A stretch of 64,000 nucleotides of DNA from Stegostoma tigrinum (taxonomy: Eukaryota). The notes under the pieces were generated by a model. The model was given only the letters and a program-made list of their open reading frames with translations, made no database searches and was not told the DNA's origin. Location: NCBI RefSeq assembly GCF_030684315.1, contig NC_081395.1, positions 14,149,542-14,213,541 on the forward strand, in the 5' to 3' direction. Position numbers and translations under genes: made by a program. Below, piece by piece: positions 52,105-64,000 of the stretch; within the stretch, counting starts at the first letter, position 1, and each line of letters opens with the position of its first letter.

Positions 52105-52505
52105 TGAGATGGCTGAGATAACAAAGTGTGAAGCCGGATGAACACAGCAGGCCAAGCAGCATCTCAGGAGCACAAAAGCTGTCGTTTCGGGCCTTGACCC
52201 TTCATCAGAGAGGGGGATGGGGAGCGGGTTCTGAAATAAATAGGGAGAGATGGGGAGGCAGACCGAAGATGGATAGAGAAGAAAGGTGGAGAGGAGAGTA
52301 TAGGTGGTGAGATGGGGAAGGGATAGGTCAGTCCGGGGAGGATGGACAGATCAAGGAGGTGGGATGAGGTTGGTAGGTGGGAAATGGAGGTGCGGTGTGA
52401 GGTGGGAGGAGGGGATAGGTGAGAGGAAGAACAGGTTAGGGAGGTGGGGACGAGCTGGTCTGGTTTTGTGATGCAGTGGGGGACCTCCCACCTCAAGCCA
52501 CACTG
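52105..52505 (-). mobile_element. Penelope-like terminal fragment
   Basis: Same terminal sequence as the 42292 arm. Confidence 0.85.
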
Positions 52506-52680
52506 AAGTAACAACAGTTCTCTGGGAAAGTGGATAAATTACTAGGGTAGATGGATTTTTCCCATGTTATTAAAGGAAGCTAGGAATGAAATAATGGTTG
52601 TGCTGTGATTCATTTTCTAATCCTTCCCACATATCAACGAGGTAGTCAAGGATTGAAGATCTGTGAACACTATAACTTGC

Positions 52681-53030
52681 AAGATAATACACTGTGAAGC
52701 TGGATGAACATAGCCGGCCAGGCAGCAGCAGAGGAACAGGAAAGCTGATATTTTGGGTCGGACACTTCTTCAGAAATAGAAGAGGGGTAAAGGAGAGCTT
52801 AAATAAATAGAGAGAGGAGGGCTAGGGTTGGGGAGGATAGGTGGGATGGTGATAGGTGAGTGCGAGTAGACAGTGGTGGGGATTGATCGGTGAGGTTGGA
52901 GAAGCGGATAGGTGAGAGAGAAGTCAGACAGGTTGTGTTAGGTCAAGGAGGCTGGGATGAGAGGGCGGGTGGTAATGGTATGAGGTCAGCAGTGGGGAGA
53001 TGTTCACATGAGTAAAGTCCACATTAAGAA
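52681..53030 (-). mobile_element. Older Penelope-like terminal fragment
   Basis: Diverged gtgaagctggatgaaca... terminus and purine-rich segment ending in aagtccacatt. Confidence 0.65.
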
Positions 53031-53479
53031 TAGTCTTACTGTCTCTGTGTGAGTTATAACTTGTATGTTTTTTTTTAAGTGCCTGATTTAAGCCTGATGT
53101 TATAGGAGGGAAGGTCTGAAATCCATGGTCTGAAATTTTTTGGGATCAATTCTGAAAGGAGAATCTGACACTTGGGGTTTTCAAGTCCAGTGAGAATTCA
53201 TAGTGATGTGGGCATCAGAGGAGGTGAGATGGCATTGAAGAGTGGCAACTTTTGCTCCAGTGGCAATTCCTGATGAAGGGGACTCATGCCTGGCCAACAT
53301 GGCAGAGCACTTAACAAGAAGGACTGTGAAGGTAAATACTTGTTCTTTATTTCTTTTTTCTCTGCCTTTGTATTCTATGTTTTTGGGGTTTTTTTGTGTT
53401 TTAAAATGGCATCAGAGAGAGGCAGCACTAGACAACACTTTCCTCTGTATATTGTAATAACGTACACATGACAATAACT

Positions 53480-54530
53480 AAGTCAAATCAACAAAGGTTA
53501 AGCTTTACTAAACGCCTTTTTGTGGACATAAAATGTAGATTTGTGAGAATAATGCAGTGGATGTTGTCGACATGAATTTTAGTAAGACATTTGACAAGCT
53601 TCTATGTGATAGCCGAGCCCAAGAAATAGAACTTCAAGAGACATAGAAGAATGTTGTGAGTTCGATCCAAAACCGTTTCAGTGACTGGGAACTAAAGGTA
53701 AGACTTGATGGAAGATTGTGTGAATGAAAAACGGTTTGCAGTGGTGATCCATGCGCTGTTTTGGGTTCCTTTGTGTTTGTTGTACATATTAATGATTCAG
53801 GTGTAAATGTTGAAGGGTGATTTGCAGATGACATAAATATTGGAGATGTATTCCAGATTGAAGGTGATGGCTGTCGAATGAAGAATGATGTCAATTGTTT
53901 AGTTGTGTGGGCAGAAAAATGGCAAATGGTGCTCAATTTGGACAAGTGTGCATTTAAGCATTTGGGGAGAGCAAGCAAAGTTCGGAACATACATTGAGCT
54001 ATTGAAAGTGGAAGAGAAAGTAAGAGGTCTTGACAATTACTGGCTTGTAATAAAAGAACAATACAATCAAGTGTAGGTAAGTCCGTAGCTGACAATTTTG
54101 TACAATTCCAATCACTAAATTACAGAAGAGACATAACTGTTTGAGAGAGAGTACAGAGATTTGCATGAACGAAGAATGCAGCTTTAAGGAAAGATTGGGG
54201 AAGCTAGGCTTGCTTTCCTTCGAACAGAGGAGATTGAGGGTTAACTTATTTAAGGTGCAACAAATTATGATGAACACAGGTAAAGTACTAAAGCAGAGTA
54301 CTAATTTATCATACAACATATAGTTAAGATGCTTGGTAAAGGTATTAATGGAAGTATGAGAAAAAAGTGTTTTTACCTAAAGGACAGTGGACATTTGGAA
54401 TTTACTTTCTGGTGGAAGTAGACAAGCTCAATAGTATCCTGCAAGGCTACTGGTCAGGTACTTCAAAGTGAAATTAGAGTTGGTTGGTACCTTTTCTTGC
54501 TTGAGAGGCATTTTGGGCTAAAAGGTCAGA
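53480..54530 (+). mobile_element. CR1 LINE RT fragment, degenerate
   Basis: FSKTFDK-like and FADD remnants; FKERLGKLGLLSFEQRRLR. Confidence 0.75.
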
Positions 54531-55061
54531 AAGAAATGCAAGTATGCAAAACAAAAAGAGATAAAGAAAGAGACTAAGAAAGAGCAAGTGAAGGGAAGAG
54601 AGTGTGAAGGGAAGAAAGAAGGAAGGGAGGACGCCATTCATTTGTAGAATGTGCTTAATGATCTTAGAAAGTCCAATCTTGTGTTAGAAACCATAAATTA
54701 TCTTTGTCTATTGCATGAACCATGGTAGTAATTATGTGCAGAGACAAGATTCACAAATATGATTAGCTGAATAAGCAAAACATGGTTTGAGTGGTTTTCA
54801 ATGAGGTATAAACATTGGACCTGATAACTGCAGAGAATTTTTCCTTCTTTTTTAAATAGTCATCGTGGGATGCTTCACATTCCAGGTTGTGGTTTGGCAT
54901 GTCGACAAGGAAGCAGTGAATCGGATAGTTCAGCATTCTTTCAATATTAAGAACAGTGGGCTGTTGCTACTAGATTGCAAGATATCCGTCTCTGAAACGC
55001 AGAAATTTGGCTCTATATTGTGAGAAATAGAGTGCTGCACACCAAATGGTGCTAATTGAAG

Positions 55062-55993
55062 CTAAATAACTGGAGGGCACTTTACTGCATTTTCCTGTTT
55101 AAAACAACGATGAAAATAGCAAAGAGGATAAATTACGATCTGCTTAAACTCCTCTCGAAATTTCTTCTGGGTCACCGCATAGATGAAAACGTTGTTACAG
55201 GAACTAAGTATTTGTAGCATATTGGTCGTCTCTTGAAGGATATACTGTGGATTATTGAAATCCAGGCTGTTAAAATAACCCACACCAGTAATTCGCACAT
55301 AAAGAAACTGTATGATGTGAGTGACCCACAGTAGGAGGAAGCTGAGTGAGACAGTGAACAGCAGGACAATGGATCTCCTGCGGTTGGCCATCTCTGCATC
55401 TCCTCGATCCTTTGTGCTCCGGAGTCTCCTACGGGCCCTGCTAGCAACTAAGATATTTCTTACTGTCAAGGTATTGAGCAGCAGAATGAGGAGGAATGGG
55501 AGAAAAGGAGTTAATATGTGGTCCAGTGAATCGAAGGCCTGCCAAGCAGACACTGTGTAATAGAAGGACTTGATAATGCAGAACCAGGGCAATCCACCCA
55601 CAAAGTACAAGGGCTCAAAGATGAAGTAAAAAGGAGCATTTTTTGCAAAACTCAGGAAACAGACAATTCCTATGACCAGAGATGCAGATTTCTCCGTGCA
55701 ATATCTGGTTTTCAGGCTCTGGCAGGAGATAGCAACAAATCGGTCAAAGGTGAAAGCTACTGTCAGCCAGACTGAACAGTCTCGAGTGGCAAAGATCAGC
55801 ATAGTCGTGAGCTTGCACCCTGTGGTGATGGACAAGACACTGTCAGGAAAGTAGATTCGGCCAATCCGATTGAGGATGCACCCATTGATGATGACAAGGA
55901 AATCGGTCACTGCTATCGCCACCAGGTAGAAGGAGATGCACCGAGAAAGACCGCATCGTCGCCGGCAGAGGATTAAGATTGCCACCAAGTTTG
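55062..55993 (-). CDS. GPR139/GPR142-like class A GPCR, exon 2
   Basis: Open multi-TM frame with ANLVAILIL...CGLSRCI, DCSVWLTVAFTFDRFVAI and NVFIYAVTQKKFREE; tctcacAG acceptor. Confidence 0.88.
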
Positions 55994-57052
55994 CTGTGAG
56001 AAATGAAAACAGAAATACTATGGGAACATAGGAAAGAGCTTGAGTATGCTCCTTGGCCATCAAGGCTGATCTAGAGCATAGTTTTTCTACCTGAAAAAAA
56101 TTTCTGCACTATCTACCTATCACTAGACATTTTTTACATCTCAATCTTTCAAGCTTGCCTTGGATATACTGTAGAGTGCTTCAGACTCCATAACCAAGGT
56201 TGAATTTTTTTGCTGTGCTCTCATTGAGGGAAGACTGAAATAATATTCTCAAAGTCAACGTTGCTTGCCATGGACAGCAAGGCAGAAAGTGGAGGCTGTG
56301 ACTAATCAGATGGTTCTCTCAAAAAGACATTGTCATCAGAGTGGAAGAAATGTGCTGTGACACTATTATTTGAGCCCAAATGCAAGACACATCCATCCTG
56401 AAAGGAAGCACAATCAGATTGGTGGGGCATGTAAGTTTAAGAAGAAGGAAAGAAGGCTAATTAACAGTTAGTGTGGGGGCACAGACTCCGAAGCTCTGGG
56501 CCATTAACCCTTGCTATGTTTACTGAATACAGCGAATGCAGACAGAAAGATTGGCCTTGATTCTCCCTGAGCAGCTGCACAGGCAGTGTACCGGTTGTTC
56601 AGGGATGGCGATGGTAGTTGGGGAAGGGGTGCGGGCAGGATCTGTAGGAGTGAGATGGTAGCGGGAGAAGGGGGGAGTGACATCCCAATGTGGTCCCTTC
56701 CCTTCTTCCTCAGGAATTCCATTAGCCCGCCAACTTCCCATAATCTGTGTTTACCACCACTCAAATCAGAACTCACCTTGATCTAAACCAACCAAAAACC
56801 ACCAGCACCAAACACTCACCCACATCAATGACACTCCCACAATTCCACCTGATCACATGAAAAATAGAGATGAACAAATCATGCTGACTTTGCAAGAGAT
56901 AGTCACTTCCAGAAATGGTTAGAAAACATAACATTGCCTGAAGAATGTTCAAAACATATCAGCCCAAGCAAAATAACGGATTAACAATTATTGATTTGAA
57001 ATCTCTCATTTAAATATTTCTATAAGTGAACACAAATCCATATTAATAATCA

Positions 57053-58423
57053 GAGATGGAATTTTTGCAGGAGGGTGGGTGGGAGGAGGTGTATTCTAGG
57101 TAGCTGTGGGAGTCGGTGGGCTTGAAATGGACATCAGTTACAAGCTGGTTGCCTGAGATGGAGACTTATTCCATCCCCTATTCCCAATTCCTCCGCCGCA
57201 TCTGCTCCCACGATAAGACATTCCACTCCCGCACATCCCAGATGTCCAAGTTCTTTAAGGACCGCAACTTTCCCCCCACAGTGATCGAGAACGCCCTTGA
57301 CCGCATCTCCCGTATTTCCCGCAACACATCCCTCACACCCCGCCCCCGCCACAACTGCCCTAAGAGGATCCCCTCGTTCTCACACACCACCCTACCAACC
57401 TCCGGATACAACGCATCATCCTCCGACACTTTCGCCATTTACAATCCGACCCCACCACCCAAGACATTTTTCCATCCCCACACCTGTCTGCTTTCCGGAG
57501 AGACCACTCTCTCCATGACTCCCTTGTTCGCTCCACACTACCCTCCAACCCCACCACACCCGGCACCTTCCCCTGCAACCGCAGGAAATGCCACACTTGC
57601 CCCCACACCTCCTCCCTCACCCCTATCCCAGGCCCCAAGATGACATTCCACATTAAGCAGAGGTTCACCTGCACATCTGCCAATGTGGTATACTGCATCC
57701 ATTGTACCCGGTGCGGCTACCTCTACATTGGGGAAACCAAGCGGAGGCTTGGAGACCGCTTTGCAGAACACCTCCGCTCAGTTCGCAACAAACAACTGCA
57801 CCTCCCAGTCGCAAACCATTTCCACTCCCCCTCCCATTCTCTAGATGACATGTCCATCATGGGCCTCCTGCACTGCCACAATGATGCCACCCGAAGGTTG
57901 CAGGAACAGCAACTCATATTCCGCCTGGGAACCCTGCAGCCTAATGGTATCAATGTGGACTTCACCAGTTTCAAAATCTCCCCTTCCCCTACTGCATCCC
58001 TAAACCAGCCCAGTTTGTCCCCTCCCCCCACTGCACCACACAACCAGCCCAGCTCTTCCCCCCCACCCACTGCATCCCAAAACCAGTCCAACCTGTCTCT
58101 GCCTCCCTAACCGGTTCTTCCTCTCACCCATCCCTTCCTCCCACCCCAAGCCGCACCCCCATCTACCTACTAACCTCATCCCACCTCCTTGACCTGTCCG
58201 TCTTCCCTGGACTGACCTATCCCCTCCTTACCTCCCCACCTATACTCTCTCCACCTATCTTCTTTACTCTCCATCTTCGGTCCGCCTCCCCCTCTCTCCC
58301 TATTTATTCCAGTTCCCTCACCCCATCCCCCTCTCTGATGAAGGGTCTCGGCCCGAAACGTCAGCTTTTGTGCTCCTGAGATGCTGCTTGGCCTGCTGTG
58401 TTCATCCAGCCTCACATTTTATT
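57053..58423 (+). mobile_element. 5'-truncated Penelope-like element with a short inverted 5' piece, inside the GPCR intron
   Basis: GIY-YIG ORF 57640-58110; 17-bp duplication ATCCATATTAATAATCA at 57036-57052 and 58424-58440. Confidence 0.92.
58333..58364 (+). ncRNA. Minimal hammerhead ribozyme motif
   Basis: CTCTGATGAAGGGTCTCGGCCCGAAACGTCAG. Confidence 0.75.
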
Positions 58424-58965
58424 ATCCATATTAATAATCAATGGCCACCAGTGGGAACTGGCTGAAGTTTAACTCCAGAAGTTGCATTGTAGAGAGATGC
58501 ACTCAATCAATGAATCGTATATCAAAATATATTTACGATGATGATTGCACCGCGACAATTTATTTTCCAAATCCATGGTAAGAAAATGCAATGCTGCATT
58601 TTCCATCAAGGATACATCATTCAACTTCATAATACTAAACACATTCAAATGTGTTTTACTAGACAATGATAAAAACAGAATTCTAACAGATTAATATTTG
58701 TTCAATGCCACACATTATAAGTCATTAAATTAGCAGCATTTGTATGAATTTGCAGTGTTACCTGTAAATACACTTCAATGCAAGTAATGCATTCTCCTTC
58801 ACTAAAACACAGCATTGTTTAATTCACCTATGTACACAAGAATCCATTTGAATTTTCTTACATTCAGACAATGGTTCATATTAGAAAAGTATGAAACTGA
58901 TCCTGAAGGGTAAGTGACAAAATATCTGGAAATTTAAAAAAAAATTATCAGGATCAATTGCTTAC

Positions 58966-59035
58966 CAGGAGCACCAATTGCAGCAAGAATGGGATAGGCA
59001 ATGGCAAAAAATGGACCTTTTGCAGGCGCGTGCAT
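58966..59035 (-). CDS. GPR139/GPR142-like GPCR, exon 1 (MHAPAKGPFFAIAYPILAAIGAP)
   Basis: ATG at 59035, G|GTAAG phase-1 donor; joins exon 2 to give a 333-aa protein with a continuous TM1 (YPILAAIGAPANLVAI). Confidence 0.85.
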
Positions 59036-60554
59036 GCCTTTCACAAACTAAAGGAATTAACAAAGCTGTAGATATTAGCTCTATGGCACATTTAAATCTT
59101 CCCCCATTTATTCTGACTGAGATTCTCCAGAGGGTTAATTAAGATACAAGATGCACAGCAGCTACAGTTCAGTGAGCAAGCAGATGAACTCACTGTTTCA
59201 TACCATTGTAACATTGGAAAGGGGAATGGCTCCATGTTAATTTTGGGCCAAGATTTGTTTCAAATTATGTGTTTTCTCCACAAATCATGACCTTGCATGT
59301 CTTTCGGTAGAGCATCTGATGGGGAATTCTAATTTGAGATCCTATCTGTAATGTAAGACAAATTTCAATGCATATTACCATCTCTCAGATAACAAGGTGT
59401 GGAGCTGGATGACCACAGCAGACCAAGCAGCATCTTAGGAGCAGGAAAGCAATTGTACTCGAAATATAAAATGTCAGATTGGTGCATGTGTTGCCTTTAT
59501 TGGTAATTACATTGAAGTATAATCCTGTAATGTTACTGAAATATTTCAGAAGCTTGACAGCTAAATTACTCGACATCACTATGATAGTTAACACAGCAAG
59601 CTTTCCAAAGTGGAAACCATCCGATGCTCATTTTGATCATGTGGAAACTACAGAAACAGTTGTTTGTCCTAATGAATGAAAAATCCAGAAAAGGGCTGTT
59701 TGGCTTCAGCATTTGTCATTTAGTAATTGTTAGCCAATAAATCAACATAATGTAAACTTCATCAGGTGAAATTTGGTTTAGAAATTTAGCAGCAAGTGCA
59801 GAATTCGCAGACAGGGGGCAATGCAATGTAGAATGATTTACGTTTGAGTGAAGGAACTGCTGTGCGAGAGCCAATTGTAATATGGGCAGTGACAGGCATA
59901 TGCTGATATTGTATGAGACATGTGACACTACAAGAACAATGTAGACAGCACTTAGAGCACAGACATAATCAAACACATAAAATAATAGGTCGTCCTACAG
60001 GAACATCCATTTGGCCTGAGTGCAATGATATCTGACACGGTGCCTCGTGTAATATAAAGAGAAACAAAGACATGTCAAGTAATTGCAGGGCATGAAATAA
60101 ATCAGCTCAGTCTTAACAGTATCAGGATGAATGCAATGTGGATTGATACAGTGTCCAGTGCAGAATTAAATTAGCAGGGGCTCGAACAACAGAAACAGAG
60201 TCAAGATCTATTTTGATGTAAATCGGTACAGGATCGAGTGTAATATAAACAAAATGTGTATAATAAACAAAAAGTGAAATAAAGGTGGAAATGTCAAATA
60301 AAATAAACCAATGACGCGGTCTGGTGTTACATGGGACACAAAAGCTGACAGGAAGGTAGGTCGTTTTTTTAGGTTATAAAATCTCACCTCGTGCAGCAGG
60401 TAGTAATATATTTGGGCGGTTGTTTTACCCAAAACACTACTACGGTGTGTCACCCACCCATCCTCCTCCTCGAACAAAAAAAAATCTGAGCGCTGATTTG
60501 GTCGGGCTACTTTTTAAATTACTTTTCAATAGTCTGTGTGTGAATTTAGAACAG

Positions 60555-63470
60555 AGGAATGAGTGCCAGGGCAGTTGCATGCACCTTCTGCAGAGTTTGG
60601 GAGGTAAGGGTCACTACTAGTGACCCCACTGACTTCATCTGAGGGAAATGCACTGAACTCCAGCTCCTCGGAAACCACGTTAGGGAACTGAAGCTGGAGC
60701 TGGATGAACTTCAGAGCATTTCAGAGGCTGAGGGGGTAATTGAGAGGAGTTACAGGGAGGAAGTCACACCTCAGGTACAGAAAAAGGTAGATGAGTTCCA
60801 GTCAGGGGATGGAAAGGGAACAGGCAGACAGTGAAGGGATCCCCTGTGGCCATTCCCCTCAATAACAAGTATGCCATTTTGGATACTGTTGGGGGGGATG
60901 ACTTGCCAGGGGTAAACCATGGGGTACAGGTCTCTGGCACAGAGTCTGTCCCTGTTGCTCAGAAGGAAAGGGGGGAGAGGAGGAGAGCATTAGTCATTAG
61001 GGACTTGAAAGTTAGGCAGACATATAGAGATTCTGTGGGATGAGACAGACTCGTGGTTGGTGTGTTGCCTCCCAGATGCCAGGGCTCATGATGTCTCGGA
61101 TCATGTTTTCAGCATCCGTAAGGGGGAGGGGGAGCAGCCCTAAGTCGTATTCCACATAGGCACCAACGACATAGGTAGGAAAAGGGATGGGGATGTGAGG
61201 CAGAAATTCAGGGAGCAAAGGTGTAAGCTTCAAGATAGAACAGACGATATCTCTGGTTTGTTACCCGTGCCACGTGCTCGCAAGGTGATAAATAGGGAGC
61301 GAGAGCAGTTGAACACGTGGCTGCAGAGATGGTGCAGCAGGGAGGGATTCAGATACCTGGATAATTGGGGGTCATTCTGGGGTAGGTGGGTCCTCTACAA
61401 AAGGGATGGTCTACACCTGAACCAGAGAGGTACCAATATGCTGGGTTGGGTGGGCCAGAATTTGCTATTGCTCTTCGGGTGAGTTTAAACTTATTTAGCG
61501 GGGGTATTGGAACCTGAATTGTAGCTCCAGTGTCCAGTCATGTTGAGAGTAGTGAAGTCATAAATAAGGTTTCAAGGTCACTGGAGTGTACCGGCAGGCA
61601 GGAAGGTGGTTTGAAGTGTGTCTACTTCAACACCAGGTGCATCCAGAATAAGGTGGGTGAACTTGCAGAATGTATCAGTACCTGTGACTTTAACGTTGTG
61701 GCCATCTCGGAGACATGGATAGAGCAGGGACAGGAATGGTTGTTGCAGGTTCCAGGGTTTAGATGTTTCAGTAAGATCAGGGAAGATGGTGAAAGAGGGG
61801 GAGGTGTGGCATTATTAGTCAAGGACAGTGTTACGGTGGCAGAAAGGATGTTTGATGAGGACTCGTCTACTGAGGTTGAAGGAACTGAGGCTAGAAATAG
61901 TAAAGGTGATGTCACCCTGTTGGAAGTTTTCTATAGGCCTCCGTGAAGTTCCAGAGATGCAGAGGAAAAGATCATCAGGATGATTCTGGATCGGACGGCG
62001 AAGTTAACAGGGTCGTTGTGATGGGGGCTTTAACTTTCCAAATATTGACTGGAAACGCCATAGGCTGATGATGCTAGATGGGTCAGTTTTTGTCCAATGT
62101 GTGCAGGAGGGTTTCCTGACACAGTATGTAGACAGGCCAACAAGAGGCGAGGCCACATTGGATTTGGTACTGGGTAATGAACCAGGCCAGGTGTTAGATT
62201 TGGAGGTAGGTGTGCACTTTGGTGATAGTGACCATAGTTAGGTTACGTTTTTTTGAGCGATGGAAAGGGATGGGTTTATATTGCACGGCAAGAGCGAGAG
62301 CTGGGAGAAAAGGCAATTATGAGGCAATTAGGCAAGATTTAGGATGCATAGGATGGAGAAGGAAACTGCAGGGGTTGGGCACAATTAAAATATGGAGCTT
62401 GTTCAAGGAATACCTCATGTGTGTCCTTGATAAAGAATATATCTGTTGTTCAGGGTGGAAGTGGTCAAGCAGGGGAACCATGGTTTATGAAAGAATTTGA
62501 AACTCTTGTCAACAGGAAGAGGGAGGCTTATGTAAAGATGAGGCATGAAGGCTCAGTTAGAGCGCTTGAGAGTTACAAGTTAGCCAGGAAGGACCAAATG
62601 AGAGAACTAAGAAGAGCCAGGAGGGGACATGAGAAGTCTTTGGCAGGTTGGATAAAGTAAAGCCCAAAAGTTTTCTATCGGTGTGTCAGGAACAAAACAA
62701 TGACTAGAGTGAGATTAGGGCCAGTCACGGACAGGAGTGGGAAGTTGTGCATGGAGTCCGAAGAGATAGGAAAGGCGCTAAGTGAATATTTTTCGTCAGT
62801 ATTCACACAGGAAAGAGACAATGTTATCAAGGAGAATACTGAGACACAGGCTATTAGACTAGATGGGATTGGGGTTCACAAGGGGAGGTGTTAGCAATTC
62901 TGGATGGTGTGAAAATAGATAAGTCCTCTGGGCCAGATGGGATGTAACCTAAGATTGTCTGGGAAGCTAGGGAGGAGATTACAGAACCTTTGGGTTTGAC
63001 GTTTATGTTGTCATTATCTTCAGGAATAGTGCCAGAAGACTAGAGGAGAGCAAATGTTGACCCCTTGTTCAAGAAGGAGAGGAGGGACAATCCTGGTAAT
63101 TACAGACGAGTGAGCCTTATTTCAGTTGTGGATAAAGTGTTGGAAAGGATTATAAGAGATAGGATTTATAATCATCTAGAAAGGAATAATTTGATTAGGG
63201 ATAGTCAACACGGTTTTGTGAAGGGTAGGTCGTGCCTCACAAACCTTATTGAGTTCTTTGAGAAGGTGACTAAACAGGTGTACGAGGGTAAAGAGATTGA
63301 TGTGGTGTTTATGGATTTTAGTAAAGCATTTGATAAGGTTCCCCATGGTAGGTTATTGCAGATAATACAGAGGCATGGGATTGAGGGTGATTTAGCGGTT
63401 TGAATCAAAAATTGGCTAGTTGGAAGAAGACAGAGGGTGGTGGTTGATGGGAAATGTTCATCCTGGTGTA
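60555..63470 (+). mobile_element. CR1 LINE, 5' two-thirds (ORF1 with SGNH esterase; ORF2 APE endonuclease and start of RT), disrupted
   Basis: HIGTND and RDGLHLNQRG (ORF1); VVAISETW and GGGVALLVK (APE); PGNYRRVSL, SQHGFVKGRSCLTNL and MDFSKAFDKVPH (RT). Confidence 0.92.
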
Positions 63471-63814
63471 CCGCAAGGATCTGTTTTGTAGAAAATTATC
63501 GTGAACTAGCCAGTCCCTTACAAAATCTTATCAAAGGAGGGCAAGCTAGATCAGGTAATATTGAATGGGAACCTGAGCAAGAGGTAGACTTTGTCAAAAT
63601 CAAACAGACACTGGCCTCTGAAAAGAGCTTCCTGACCTGAAAAAAACTTTGTCACCTCTTTTGCAGCGAAGCAAAAGCAAATCAATCTGCAGTAGTGAAA
63701 AATTTCAAAACACAATTAATTGAAATTAACTTCACTTTCGCCACCTCAACAAATAATGGCAACTGGATTCCATGCAAGATTTTGTTTCACAAAAGCAGTG
63801 AAATGAAAATTTCG

Positions 63815-64000
63815 AGGTAACACGGTGTGAGGCTGGATGAACACAGCAGGCCAAGCAGCATCTGAGGAGCAGGAAAGCTTGACATTTCGGTTCGGGACCC
63901 TTCTTCAGGAAAGGCTCTGAAGGAGGGTCCCGAACCGAAATGTCAAGCTTTCCTGCTCCTCTGATGCTGCTTGGCCTGCTGTGTTCATCCAGCTTCACAC
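63815..64000. mobile_element. Hairpin Penelope-terminus derivative (second subfamily), cut by the window end
   Basis: Near-perfect inverted arms around about 63912, each with CTGA..GA / GAAATGTC. Confidence 0.8.

Noticed and set aside
55994-56063. Single-exon model of the GPCR
   Set aside because: A strong acceptor at 55994 and a phase-matched upstream exon give a better TM1.

Overview
Repeat-rich vertebrate genomic DNA from a cartilaginous fish (shark-type Ig, SINE and Penelope families; the species cannot be fixed from the sequence alone). The core is one complete plus-strand immunoglobulin heavy-chain minicluster at about 11.25-28.96 kb: TATA, leader exon, V, a single D, J, an 8.1-kb intron, four mu-type constant exons, a secretory tail, TM1 and TM2. 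It is unusual in four ways. (1) The V is not a conventional shark IgM VH; it is NIxLTQ-type and IgW-like, and from memory closely resembles the V of the germline-joined nurse shark IgM1gj, yet here it is split with RSSs. (2) There is only one D (12/23 RSS) and J has no recognisable 12-RSS. (3) CH2 has lost key cysteines. (4) CH3 and CH4 each carry a 1-nt frameshift. The window also holds an intact two-exon GPR139/142-like GPCR (minus strand, 55062-59035), a C2H2 zinc-finger pseudogene, a decayed Gmr1-type LTR retrotransposon (integrase before RT), many CR1 and L2-like LINE and SINE fragments, and young Penelope-like elements. The Penelope elements carry minimal hammerhead ribozyme motifs, form inverted or hairpin insertions with 10-18 bp target duplications, and include a nested insertion that captured a copy of neighbouring DNA.
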